This document shows positions 9,248-19,600 of a stretch of 64,000 nucleotides of DNA, piece after piece. The first letter of the stretch is position 1. Every line of letters starts with the position of its first letter. Under the pieces are notes generated by a model. The model was not told the origin of the DNA, did no database searches, and saw only the letters and a list, made by a program, of their open reading frames with translations. Source of the DNA: Bacilli bacterium (GTDB lineage: Bacteria; Bacillota_I; Bacilli_A; RFN20; UBA1709); contig JBMNFL010000001.1 in the NCBI GenBank assembly GCA_050949315.1, positions 576,001-640,000 on the forward strand, in the 5' to 3' direction. The position numbers and the translations under genes are program-made.

Positions 9248-9321
9248 TGGAGCATGTGACGGGAATCGAACCCGCGTAATCAGCTTGGAAGGCTGATGTT
9301 CTACCATTGAACTACACATGC
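9248..9321 (-). tRNA. tRNA-Gly(TCC)
   Basis: GCATGTG...TCAGC-CTTCCAA-GCTGA...GGTTCGATTCC...CACATGCTCCA cloverleaf. Confidence 0.97.
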
Positions 9322-9423
9322 ATTTTTTAGGCTTTTTCATTCTAGCATAATCAAACCTTACTTTCAACTTTTTGTTGGAACAAGAAAGCGTTTGAAAAAG
9401 ATAATGAAGTTATTAGTTAATTT

Positions 9424-10314
9424 CTAAACTAAAGCCTTCTTTTTATTTTCAATAAGAACACGAATTAAAGAATAAAGTCCTAAGAAAAACACCAAGGGGA
9501 AATGAATGATGGTAGTAAGGGGTCTAGTCATTAGTCTTTCTAAACCAACAGCTGGCGAGACGGCCGAAATAAACTGAGTATCTTTAATTCCTAGATAGAC
9601 TATAACAATCGCTAATACGACATCAAAGAACATAACTAAAGAACAATAAATAATTGAGGCTTTGAAATTATCTTTTAAAATAGTTCTTGCAATTAAAAGA
9701 TGAAATAAGATAACTATTGGTAAAAGTAATGCTAGATAGAAAGGGAAAGTCATGTATAAACTACGGTAATGAAGATAAACTGGACTCCATAAAAAGGCCC
9801 CTAAACGATTAAGTGCAAAATAGATGACAAGCACTAAACCTATTGTCCCTAAGATATGACGGATGGTCATTTCTCTTTTAACTTCATCATCTGCTAATTT
9901 CTTATATCCTATAAAGCGTAACCAAAGAGCAAAAACAAGTAAAAGAAGGTGAATGATTAAACAAATAAGTGGATAAGCCACAAAAGGATAAGGAGCGATA
10001 AAAGAGCCATAACTAATTATTCCTGTTAGTAAACTAAAAACTAAACCAATCAAAGAAAAGACAATTAGAATAACCGAATAGGTCTTAGTCATCTTTTTAA
10101 AATATTGAGGATATAAATAATAACGAGCAAAATAAATAGTTGCTAAAACTAAATCCATGGCTAAAAACAAACCTGGTATGGTAGAGATAAAACACAATTC
10201 AAAACCATCATACATATTGGCCACATCACTTAAGAAAAGATTGGTCATATAAAAGTTTACAGAGGCAGAGACTAAGACCAAAAGTACTAAGTAAATTATC
10301 TTTTTATCTTTCAT
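9424..10314 (-). CDS. Polytopic membrane protein (about 8 TM), cotranscribed with the phosphoesterase
   Basis: Multiple hydrophobic segments; ATG at 10314 directly after the upstream stop, with GAGGTGG RBS. Confidence 0.75.
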   Translation of the reverse strand: MKDKKIIYLVLLVLVSASVNFYMTNLFLSDVANMYDGFELCFISTIPGLFLAMDLVLATIYFARYYLYPQYFKKMTKTYSVILIVFSLIGLVFSLLTGIISYGSFIAPYPFVAYPLICLIIHLLLLVFALWLRFIGYKKLADDEVKREMTIRHILGTIGLVLVIYFALNRLGAFLWSPVYLHYRSLYMTFPFYLALLLPIVILFHLLIARTILKDNFKASIIYCSLVMFFDVVLAIVIVYLGIKDTQFISAVSPAVGLERLMTRPLTTIIHFPLVFFLGLYSLIRVLIENKKKALV

Positions 10315-10315
10315 T

Positions 10316-11332
10316 TTATTCCACCTCTTGATAAGTATGGTATAGATAATCAAAGGATAAGGTTTGATCATTATGGATAGTCACTACATGGCCACCCAAG
10401 CGATCATCATCACCATACACCCTATCATTAGCATTAATCCCATAACAAAGATAAACCCCTTGATATAAAACTCTTGTATTGTTTATATGGTCATGACCAA
10501 CACAAATAGCTTTAGTAGAATTTAATTCCTTGGCCTTAGTAAAGAAACCTGAATTATATTTAGGGGCACAAACAGCTTCTCGTTGATCACCATATTCAAG
10601 AATGGCATCCGCTTCGCCTTGTAAGGCTTTCTTATAAGCGGTATCAAACTCAGGGATGGGGATATGGAAGAAAGCTATTGATGGAACGACAACACCAGCA
10701 TTCTCTACTCTCGTATGATTTACTAAACGCTCATACCAAGCGATTTGATTATCCTTAATATAGTCATAACCAAGATATTCTCCAAAATTATAACGATTAC
10801 TATCCATAATAATTACTTGGTAATGAACCTTATCGTCTTTCATAAGATTGATGGCAAAGTTAGCATTACCGGTTATATCATCATCTTGAATATCTTTAAA
10901 CAAACAATACGAACCAAAATTATTTAAGTAATCAGTAAGCCAATCAATTGAAAAATAACACTGCTCATCATGATTACCAAAAGTAATGGTCCAGAAGGTA
11001 TTATAACTATCAATAAAGTTAAAAAGGCTTTTAGCCGTTCTCTTATCAGCAAAAGTAAAACTATCACCACAGATAACTATTAAATCAGCATCAGCTTCCT
11101 TAATAGTTAAATCCATAAAGTCAAACTCGCGTTCAAGTTTATCCTTATTAGACAAATGAATATCATTTAATTGGAGAATACGAAAATTCTCTTTATAATC
11201 TGTTTCTAGTATGTATTCACTAATGTCATGGCGAACATCACGCTTCCCACAGGCACTTAAAAGCAAGGTCAAGGTGGCCATGATTATTAATCTTTTTTTG
11301 TGTTTCACTAAATATGTTCCCCCATGCAGCAT
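10316..11332 (-). CDS. Calcineurin-like metallophosphoesterase lipoprotein
   Basis: Lipobox LSAC; DIH, GD, FGNHD, FFHIP and GHDH motifs; exact start uncertain. Confidence 0.88.
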   Translation of the reverse strand: MLHGGTYLVKHKKRLIIMATLTLLLSACGKRDVRHDISEYILETDYKENFRILQLNDIHLSNKDKLEREFDFMDLTIKEADADLIVICGDSFTFADKRTAKSLFNFIDSYNTFWTITFGNHDEQCYFSIDWLTDYLNNFGSYCLFKDIQDDDITGNANFAINLMKDDKVHYQVIIMDSNRYNFGEYLGYDYIKDNQIAWYERLVNHTRVENAGVVVPSIAFFHIPIPEFDTAYKKALQGEADAILEYGDQREAVCAPKYNSGFFTKAKELNSTKAICVGHDHINNTRVLYQGVYLCYGINANDRVYGDDDRLGGHVVTIHNDQTLSFDYLYHTYQEVE

Positions 11333-11413
11333 AATTATAACGAAAATATAAAACCTTTAGCAATATAACCTTAATAAAAAAAAGGAGATAGTTATCTCCC
11401 CTTTACCATACTT

Positions 11414-11489
11414 TGGCGGTCTTGACGGGGATCGAACCCGCGATCTTCTCCGTGACAGGGAGACATGTTAGCCACTACACCACAAGACC
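11414..11489 (-). tRNA. tRNA-Asp(GTC)
   Basis: GGTCTTG...TCTCC-CTGTCAC-GGAGA...CAAGACCGCCA; own promoter TTGAAC-17-TATAAT just upstream. Confidence 0.97.
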
Positions 11490-11547
11490 CTTATTTGTAT
11501 TTGCTCTGTAATTATATAGTCTTTTTTATTTAAGTTCAACTATTGAT

Positions 11548-11677
11548 AAAAAAACACTCACTAGTCGTTATAGCGAGTGTCCCATGTTTTGGCTAAGCAC
11601 GATAGCCACGTATGGTAAAAAATGATAATCGTATAAAACTGGCAATTAGCTAAAGGATTCTAATTTTTTATACGATT
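11548..11677 (-). ncRNA. Putative unannotated structured small RNA (~130 nt)
   Basis: Promoter TTGCTT(11707-11712)-17-TAAAAT(11684-11689); three consecutive hairpins, the last an intrinsic terminator with a 7-U tract; no credible ORF. Confidence 0.5.
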
Positions 11678-11880
11678 GCACTTATTTTATCTTATTGTTT
11701 CCAAAAAAGCAAGAGATTTCCGCATGAAAGCGCTTTTCACTTGAAAAAGCAATCTGTCAAAGGACTGACTTATAACCTTCTTGATAATTCTATCTATTTT
11801 TACAAGGCTTTTCTTTGTGATCTACTTTTGGATGTTTTAAATTTTTACGAAAACTATATTTACGTGATCTTAATTATCTC

Positions 11881-14800
11881 TTATGAGTTAATAAAGTTAC
11901 ATGACATATACGCTTCTATCATTAATATCTGACTATCAGTTGGCGCATCTTGATTAATGTGTACATTTTTGTACCCTTTTTCGTTCTGGATTATTTTTAA
12001 TACATCAAAATCATATAGGGCAACTATTAATTTTTTAAGGTAACCTTTCTTTTCTTTAAACATGCCATAGCCTTGCTTATCTTGTAAACCAAAAGACATT
12101 ATAGTTTTGTCTTCTTTAGAAATGAAAAAGTTAATTAGACTTCTGTGGGTCATTTTAAATCCCGAATATTGGGTATAAATATTTGACAAGGCTCCCAATA
12201 TTCCATTGATTTCTGCTTTAATTTCGCTTCTTCTAATTCTACCATCATTATCAATTAATATTTTACCCTTTTCTTGTGTATAGTTATACCCATACATTGT
12301 AAAATTACAACCTGTTCCATCTTTTTTATAATTGGTACAGCCTAGCATTCTCTGTTCTTTATTTAAACCTTTTTTATCCTTTATTGGTTTAATTATTAAA
12401 TAACCATCGTAACAATTAGGACACTTTGAAATTGATAATTTATCAATATTACCATTTAAATCGTTTGTTAAAAATCCGCATACTTCTGGATCATTAGAAC
12501 ATATCCATAATTTTTTGGTGGCATTTAAAAACTTAAATCTAGATATCCTTCTTTGTAATGGGTAACCACAAATTGGACATTTGTGCTTAGCATATCCAAG
12601 GTCAGAAGGATTAATTTGTGCGCCTTTTAAAATTACGTTAGTAAATTTATCCTTTAGTTCTAAAACAAATTTTGATGGTCGATTTTGGGGAGTGATGATA
12701 TATACCCTGTTTTTGGTTCTAGTAAGTGCAACATAGAACAATCTTCTCTCTTCTTCAAAATCCATCAACTCATCGTCTTTTATAACTAATTTCATCACTG
12801 GATCATCTTCAATTTTAGAAGGAAATCCCAATACATCATCTTTACCATTGACAATTATGACATTGTCTCTACCCAGACCTTTTGATGAATGGGCAGTCAT
12901 AAATGATATATCTAGTTCTGGATATTTTTTAGATTTTAAATTTTTGCCATCCCAAAAAAAGAATTCTTCTAATTTCAACAAATTCTTGCCATCAAAATTA
13001 TATCTACCAATTAAAAGAACTGTGCTGTCCAAACCATTTTTAGCAACAATATCATCAAGTGAGTATTCAATTGCCTCACCCAATCTATAAAACGGACCGT
13101 GTTCTTTATCATCTTTTTCATACGAATCATCATAACTCATTAGTATCACTGGATCTTTAATTGATTTGTTGGATTTCAAAGTCTTCTTAATTTGTTTTTG
13201 ATTTTCCATTACAAAGCCGCCGGCAATATCAATTAATTCTTGAGAATTACGATAGGTGTTTGTGATTTTTAAAATATTTGCATAACCCATTTTCTCTTCA
13301 AATTTAGTAAATAAATCTATTTTGGCACCACTAAACCTAAATATTGATTGCCAATCATCACCGACTGCTACAATCTTGGCATTACTAGCTTTCGATAACT
13401 TTTCACATAAATCAAATCTTTGAAGAGATATATCTTGATATTCATCAACTAGAATATAATCATATGGTAATAAATCGTGTTCCGCTATCATCTTATCAAG
13501 TACATTTGAAGCATTATTAATCATATCTTCAAAATCAATCGCTTTAATCTCCATTTTCTTTGTTTCATACACATGAAAACAACGTTTGGCAATCTCCATA
13601 AACAATTTTGTTCTTTCAGATTTTATAGAATGCTGCCATTCATCAAATTTGGTATTAAAATCATAATTACAAACTTTAAATCTATTTATAAAATTGCAGA
13701 CCAATAAGATAAATTTAGAGAAGTATTTGTTCTCTGCTTGAGAAGCAAGCCGTTTATATATTTCAATATTATTTTTGGTCTCAAACTTAATACCAATATC
13801 AGTCAATTTTTCCCCTAGATGTGTTATTAAATCTCTTCCATCCTTGTATTTAGAAAAGGTATAAATTAATTGAGTTTTATGTTCTCTGTGTAATTTTATC
13901 TTATCATTGATGTGTTTTTTGTATTCCGATAATTCTTGAGAAGTAAAACGAGTGTTTTGTCCTTCTTCTGATATACCAAAATGCTCTAAATAAATTTCTT
14001 GTCCTTTATACTTGATTAAAAAATCCGGACAATATGGTTTTGTTGTGTCATTAAATCCATGGCGATAAACTGGCTCATAGATATAATCAATACCATTAAT
14101 GTACAAAAAGTTTGCAATTCTACACTCATCTACACTTCTTGTCCTTTCATCATTCATGGTGCTTTTTTTCTTTGTTTGTTCCTTATGATAATCATCTAAT
14201 ATTTGGGCTAAATCACTCTTAATAGTTGTCGTATCATTAGCCGATAAAGTCTTAAATAATAACGATACATTTTCGACTTCAAAGGGCATGTTCAAATATG
14301 ACGCAAAAAACAAAAGAATCTTCTTAATAAAATACTCATCATCAAGATTAGTAAGTAAATATTCTTCGATAACTTTATACATGAAACCTTGATTCACTAT
14401 CTGATGACGTTCATTTTCGCTTTCACTAATAATCGCGTTCCCAATAGAATGAAAAGTGGCTATTCTTGCAGGAAGATCTAATCTCTTAAATCTTTCTTTC
14501 AATTCCTCGGTAGCCTTTCTAGTAAACGAGACAATTAAAACTCTATCAGGATTGATTCCCTTTACATCGACTAAATATTTAACTTTAGCTTCAATGGTTG
14601 TGGTTTTCCCAGCCCCCGCTCCGGCAACCACTAAAGTATAATCTTCATCAGATAAAACAACTCTTCTTTGTTCTTCATCAAGTTTGATATTTACATCATC
14701 CTTAATAAGTAAATTATCAAGAATTTCTTTATCAATTATTAAATGTTTATTTACATATTCATCATTGTGACGTTTGATACTATTATCAGTGTTTTGAAAA

Positions 14801-15039
14801 CTTTTGATTAATTTTAACAGTTTTTTATAACTGATTCTTTTCTTCTTGCACCAATCAACGAGTACTTCTTCTTTATACATTAATAAAAATTTCTCAACAA
14901 TATTAGAAACTTTTTCTTTATTTGATGCATATTCTTTTTTAGATATAAAATGATCAGACGCAAGAAGATTATTAATAAAATAAGAATAATTTTCTAATTC
15001 TTTATATTTTTTGTTTGTCGCTTTTTTAAAAAACCCCAT
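11881..15039 (-). CDS. Large UvrD-family / DNA helicase IV-like protein with inserted nuclease-like domain and C-terminal zinc ribbons
   Basis: AGAGAGKTT, VDEYQD, VGDDWQSIFRF, TAHSSKGL, EERRLFYVALTR; insert ECRIANFL..YEP..PDF..YLEHFG; CPICG..CSN..C and CPNC..GCTNY..C. Confidence 0.9.
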   Translation of the reverse strand: MGFFKKATNKKYKELENYSYFINNLLASDHFISKKEYASNKEKVSNIVEKFLLMYKEEVLVDWCKKKRISYKKLLKLIKSFQNTDNSIKRHNDEYVNKHLIIDKEILDNLLIKDDVNIKLDEEQRRVVLSDEDYTLVVAGAGAGKTTTIEAKVKYLVDVKGINPDRVLIVSFTRKATEELKERFKRLDLPARIATFHSIGNAIISESENERHQIVNQGFMYKVIEEYLLTNLDDEYFIKKILLFFASYLNMPFEVENVSLLFKTLSANDTTTIKSDLAQILDDYHKEQTKKKSTMNDERTRSVDECRIANFLYINGIDYIYEPVYRHGFNDTTKPYCPDFLIKYKGQEIYLEHFGISEEGQNTRFTSQELSEYKKHINDKIKLHREHKTQLIYTFSKYKDGRDLITHLGEKLTDIGIKFETKNNIEIYKRLASQAENKYFSKFILLVCNFINRFKVCNYDFNTKFDEWQHSIKSERTKLFMEIAKRCFHVYETKKMEIKAIDFEDMINNASNVLDKMIAEHDLLPYDYILVDEYQDISLQRFDLCEKLSKASNAKIVAVGDDWQSIFRFSGAKIDLFTKFEEKMGYANILKITNTYRNSQELIDIAGGFVMENQKQIKKTLKSNKSIKDPVILMSYDDSYEKDDKEHGPFYRLGEAIEYSLDDIVAKNGLDSTVLLIGRYNFDGKNLLKLEEFFFWDGKNLKSKKYPELDISFMTAHSSKGLGRDNVIIVNGKDDVLGFPSKIEDDPVMKLVIKDDELMDFEEERRLFYVALTRTKNRVYIITPQNRPSKFVLELKDKFTNVILKGAQINPSDLGYAKHKCPICGYPLQRRISRFKFLNATKKLWICSNDPEVCGFLTNDLNGNIDKLSISKCPNCYDGYLIIKPIKDKKGLNKEQRMLGCTNYKKDGTGCNFTMYGYNYTQEKGKILIDNDGRIRRSEIKAEINGILGALSNIYTQYSGFKMTHRSLINFFISKEDKTIMSFGLQDKQGYGMFKEKKGYLKKLIVALYDFDVLKIIQNEKGYKNVHINQDAPTDSQILMIEAYMSCNFINS

Positions 15040-15331
15040 AGTAACTCCAATTAATTAACTTCATTAATTAAATCAACACTTTAAGTTCGACTTTTCCTAA
15101 TAAAGTATATCACCTCTCTTGAAATATATCTATTGTCTATAATATTCCTCCTTAAATAGAATAGTTAATTCCATTTTTTTTAAAAGTAGAAATAAGTCTT
15201 GATAATAGTATATATTTGATTAAGTGTTCTCGCATAAAAGAAAAGGAAATTATTATCATGAAAAATTTTTAACGCTTAAACCTTGAGCATCGTAAATTAT
15301 TAACAATCCATAAGATTTTTCAATTATCATT

Positions 15332-16252
15332 TTATTTCAATTTTATTAAACATTTGTTATATAAAAATTCTCTTACTTTTAAGTCAACATCTTCATAATA
15401 ACTAACTAAATGTTCTTTAAACTCATTAATAAGTTCTTTAAGAACCACAATAAGCCCCATACCTCTACCAATTAAATAGTGATTAGCGAAAACTACGGCC
15501 GTTCGCTTATTCCCATCTAAAAATAGCTGTTTTTTCATCACATAAAGCACTAAATCTATTGCAACATCATATGAGGTCTCTTGCTTTAGTAAATTATTAA
15601 GTTCTTCTTTCACCCGTGATTCATATGGTAATGGTGGAATATAATTAGAGCCGCTGATAGAAACCGGAACACTTCTTAACTTTCCGGCAGTGTAAGAAAA
15701 GCCTTCTTCAACAATCTCATTTATTTGACATAGTATTGGGTAATTTGTGGGATATGTAATCACCCCTTCATTAAGAATAAAATCCCAAGCATGTTTTAAA
15801 TTAACAACTTTAGATATATCTGTTGCACTCATATTCTTAACCTTACCACCATTGATAATAGTCTCGATATCTGAATAGGTAGTGGCTACACCTTCAAGTA
15901 CCGCTTGTCTATAAATAGATTCAACCATATTTCTTCTAGCTAGATCGATGTTGATCTTAACTTCATCGCTCAGTTTGCTAGATTCATAACTCATTGAATC
16001 TAATTCTTTTTTTATTTGTCTTAAGCGCTTTTTATATTCTTTTACTAGTTTATTGTTCTCTAGTATTAAATTATGTAGTTCTGGACTATATACTCCGGCA
16101 TATCTTGATGTTGATAGTCCTTTATCCCTAAAATGGACGTATATGTATTTATTATCTTTCTGTTCCCTTATCTCAATAGAACCATATACCATTTCACTAA
16201 TTCTAGTTTGCAATAATTCCTGCTCGTGCAGCAGTTTAGCAACATTTTTCAT
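15332..16252 (-). CDS. Fic/Doc family protein with non-canonical motif
   Basis: KQLFLDGNKRTA motif; QAVLEG; ATG at 16252 after GGAGGGG RBS. Confidence 0.85.
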   Translation of the reverse strand: MKNVAKLLHEQELLQTRISEMVYGSIEIREQKDNKYIYVHFRDKGLSTSRYAGVYSPELHNLILENNKLVKEYKKRLRQIKKELDSMSYESSKLSDEVKINIDLARRNMVESIYRQAVLEGVATTYSDIETIINGGKVKNMSATDISKVVNLKHAWDFILNEGVITYPTNYPILCQINEIVEEGFSYTAGKLRSVPVSISGSNYIPPLPYESRVKEELNNLLKQETSYDVAIDLVLYVMKKQLFLDGNKRTAVVFANHYLIGRGMGLIVVLKELINEFKEHLVSYYEDVDLKVREFLYNKCLIKLK

Positions 16253-16411
16253 AGAACCCCTCCATGTTAAACTTTTTGACTTATTTTGTTTCACGTAAAG
16301 TATAACACCCTTAAATATAATGTGCAACATTTTAATGGTTTTGTTTCACATATACTTCTTTTTAAATAAAAATAAAAGCCCTGATCCATAATCAGAGCCG
16401 CTGTTTATAAG

Positions 16412-16487
16412 TGGTGACCGGTACGGGATTCGAACCCGTGAATGTATGCGTGAAAGGCATATGAGTTAACCTTTTCTCCAACCGGCC
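16412..16487 (-). tRNA. tRNA-Glu(TTC)
   Basis: GGCCGGT...TATGC-CTTTCAC-GCATA...ACCGGTCACCA. Confidence 0.97.
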
Positions 16488-16500
16488 AGTGTTTTGATAG

Positions 16501-16591
16501 TGGCGGAGTAGGTGAGACTCGAACTCACGCGCCAGTTTCCCGACCTATATCCTTAGCAGGGATACCTCTTCACCAACTTGAGTACTACTCC
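16501..16591 (-). tRNA. tRNA-Ser(GCT)
   Basis: GGAGTAG...TATCC-CTGCTAA-GGATA, long variable arm, CTACTCCGCCA. Confidence 0.96.
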
Positions 16592-16652
16592 AAACCGTGC
16601 GTTAAAATCATACCATAATAACAACTTTGATAGCAACTACTTTTTATCCCTT

Positions 16653-16680
16653 AAAAAGACAGCTTTTATAGCTGTCTCTT
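16653..16680 (-). terminator. Intrinsic terminator after polC
   Basis: AGACAGCT/AGCTGTCT hairpin followed by T-tract on the minus strand. Confidence 0.7.
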
Positions 16681-19600
16681 CTAGAAAAGCTTAAAACTTA
16701 ACTGATTTTCTTCCTCAAGTTCATCTAAGACATGCAGCTCTTCTAAGGCCCTAATTTGGGTATTATTGATTTGGGTTCTATTCAAAAGATCTTGTTTAGA
16801 AAGGAAGGGTTTTTCCTCTCTTGCCCTAACAAAAGACTCCGCCGCCGTCTGCCCTAATCCATCGATCACACACATTGGGGGAATCAAACACCCTCGCTCA
16901 TGATCAACAACAAAATTCTTAGCTTGAGACTTAGTTAAAGAAAGGTTATCAAAACTATAACCACGGGCCGTCATCTCTAAAGCCACTTCTAAAACCTCAA
17001 CTAAATCTTGATCTTTCTGCGTTAAATCACGACTACGCTCTTTAATCATCACCTTAATCTTAGTCAAGCGATCATAAATCGCTTCCTTGCCGGCAATCAT
17101 GGCCTTGATATCAAAAACATTACAACGCAAACTAAAATAAGTCGCATAAAAATCTAGAGGTTTATAAATCTTAAACCAAGCGATTCTTAAACCCATAATA
17201 ACATAGGCGACCGCGTGAGCCTTAGGGAACATATAAGCGATCTTTTTACAAGAGATAATGTACCATTTAGGAACACCGTGTTTTATCATTTCCACTTCCA
17301 TCTCTTGACTTAAGCCACGGCCTTTACGCACCTTTTCCATAATGTCAAAGGCCATTTTTCTTTCTAAACCCATCTGAACAAGATAGGTCATAATATCATC
17401 ACGACAACCCACCACATCCATTAAAGAACAGACACGGTTTCTAATTAAATCCTGAGCATTGCCTAACCAAACATCAGTACCATGAGTTAAACCAGAAATT
17501 TGAACTAACTCTGAGAATTTGGTAGGTTTGGCATCTTCTAAAACACCTTTGACAAAGGGTGTTCCAAATTCAGGTATACCCGCTGTCCCAAGATTATTTT
17601 GGATATCAAAGGCGGTCACTCCTAATTCACTAATGCCCGTAAACAAAGATAAAACCCTTTTATCATTCATCGGTACCTCTTCAGGATTAACCCCTGTTAA
17701 ATCTTGAAGCATCCTTAAGGCTGAGGGATCCACATGCCCCAAAATATCTAGTTTTAAAATTTCCTCATGCAGGTTTTTAAATTTAAAATGGGTGGTCTTC
17801 CACTCCGCATCCACTTCATCGGCGGGATATTGAACAGGTGTAAAATCATGGACATCCATGCCTAAAGGCACCACAATAATGCCGGCAGGATGTTGACCGG
17901 TGGTCCTTTTAACATCCATACAACCCTTAGCTAGACGAGATAACTCGGCTTCTCTAAAGGTATTGCGATTAATGCTTTCAAAGTAATTACGGACATAACC
18001 TTTAGCCGTCTTATCGGCCACAGTAGAAATAGTCCCAGCCCTAAAAACATTATTCTCGCCTAACAAAACTTTAGTATAGTTGTGGGCTTCCGCCTGATAT
18101 TCGGTCGCAAAGTTTAAATCAATATCCGGAACCTTATCACCGGTGATACCTAAGAAGGTTTCAAAGGGAATATTCTGACCATTAGAATTCATAATGGTCC
18201 CACATTTAGGACAGGCCTTGTCTTCTAAGTCAAAACCACTTTTAACTGAACCATCAGTAAAAAACTCTACATGATGGCAACTTGGGCATAGATAATGTGG
18301 TGGCAAAGGATCAACCTCAGAAATGCCGGTTAAAGAGGCCACAAGTGAAGAGCCAACCGAACCACGTGAACCAACTAAATAACCATCTTCACGGGACTTT
18401 TGAACTAAACGGTAGGCAAGATAATAAATTACCCCATAACCATATTGACGTAACTTATCTAATTCCATATTTAAACGCTCAACCACTAACTTGGGTGGAT
18501 TGGGACCATAAAGCTCATGCATTCTGGCAAAACAGAGTTTTTCAATTTCCGCCTGGGCATCAACATTAGGAATAGATGGCGTATATAATTTATCCTTAAC
18601 CGGTTCAACTTCTTCAATTAAATCGGCAATTAAATTAGTATTGGTGATAACTAACTCTCTTTGCAATTTGGGATCATCTAAAAAATCAATGGCCGCAATC
18701 ATCTCTAAGGTGCTTCTAAAATGCTGATCGGGATTTTCTTTGACCCGCTGTTGATAATCATAAAGGGGATGGCGTTTAAGGCCAACCGCTAAGGCATTGA
18801 TATAGACATCACGATAAATCTTATCGCGGGGATGCAAATAATGGCAATCACCTGTGGCGACAACAAGCTTACCAAGCTCCTTACCCGCCCTTACAATATC
18901 CTTTAAAATACTAATCAAACGCTCCTCGCTTAGTATCCGCTTAGTATCTAAAAGCCAGGAATAGTTGGCAAGTGGTTGAATTTCAATATAGTCGAAAAAC
19001 TCCATAGTTTTTTTCAATTCTTCATAACTTCTTGTCTGAGCGATTTCAAAGACCTCACCATTAAAACAAGCCGAGCCAATTAAAAGCCCTTCTCTAAATT
19101 CGGCTATCCTTCTTTTAGGGATAATAGGAAGCGAAGAAGACATGTATTCAATGTTAGACATACTGACCATTTTAAAGAGATTCTTTAAGCCCTTTTTATT
19201 CTTAACAAGAAAAGTCATATGATAGGGATGGGCTGATTTATAAAGATCAGGCTGACTGAGATTGTTTAAATCCACATGATGTTTTAAGCCTCTTTCTAAG
19301 CACTTACTCAACAAAATCTCATAGACATCGGCTAAAACTCCGGCATCATAATCGGCCCGGTGGGCGATTTCTTCATTGTAATTGATATTAACATAGCGAG
19401 CGACACTGCCAAGGCTGTAACGCTTTAAATCAGGAAAGAGTCCTCTTGCTAAATCTAGGGTATCAATAACCGGATTGGTTAAGGTTCCTAAACCAGCAGC
19501 TTGCAAGGCCTGATTTAAAAAACCACAGTCAAAGTTCGCGTTATGGGCCACTAGAATGCTATCTCCAAAAAAGCGCATAATGCGCGGTAAACATTGTAAA

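Noticed and set aside
11620-11680. Purine riboswitch, PyrR site or tracrRNA identity for the orphan RNA
   Set aside because: The UCGUAUAA start is similar, but the purine-riboswitch core (AUGG...GUUUCUAC) and the PyrR AGUCCAGAGAGG loop are absent, and no CRISPR repeat exists in the window to pair with
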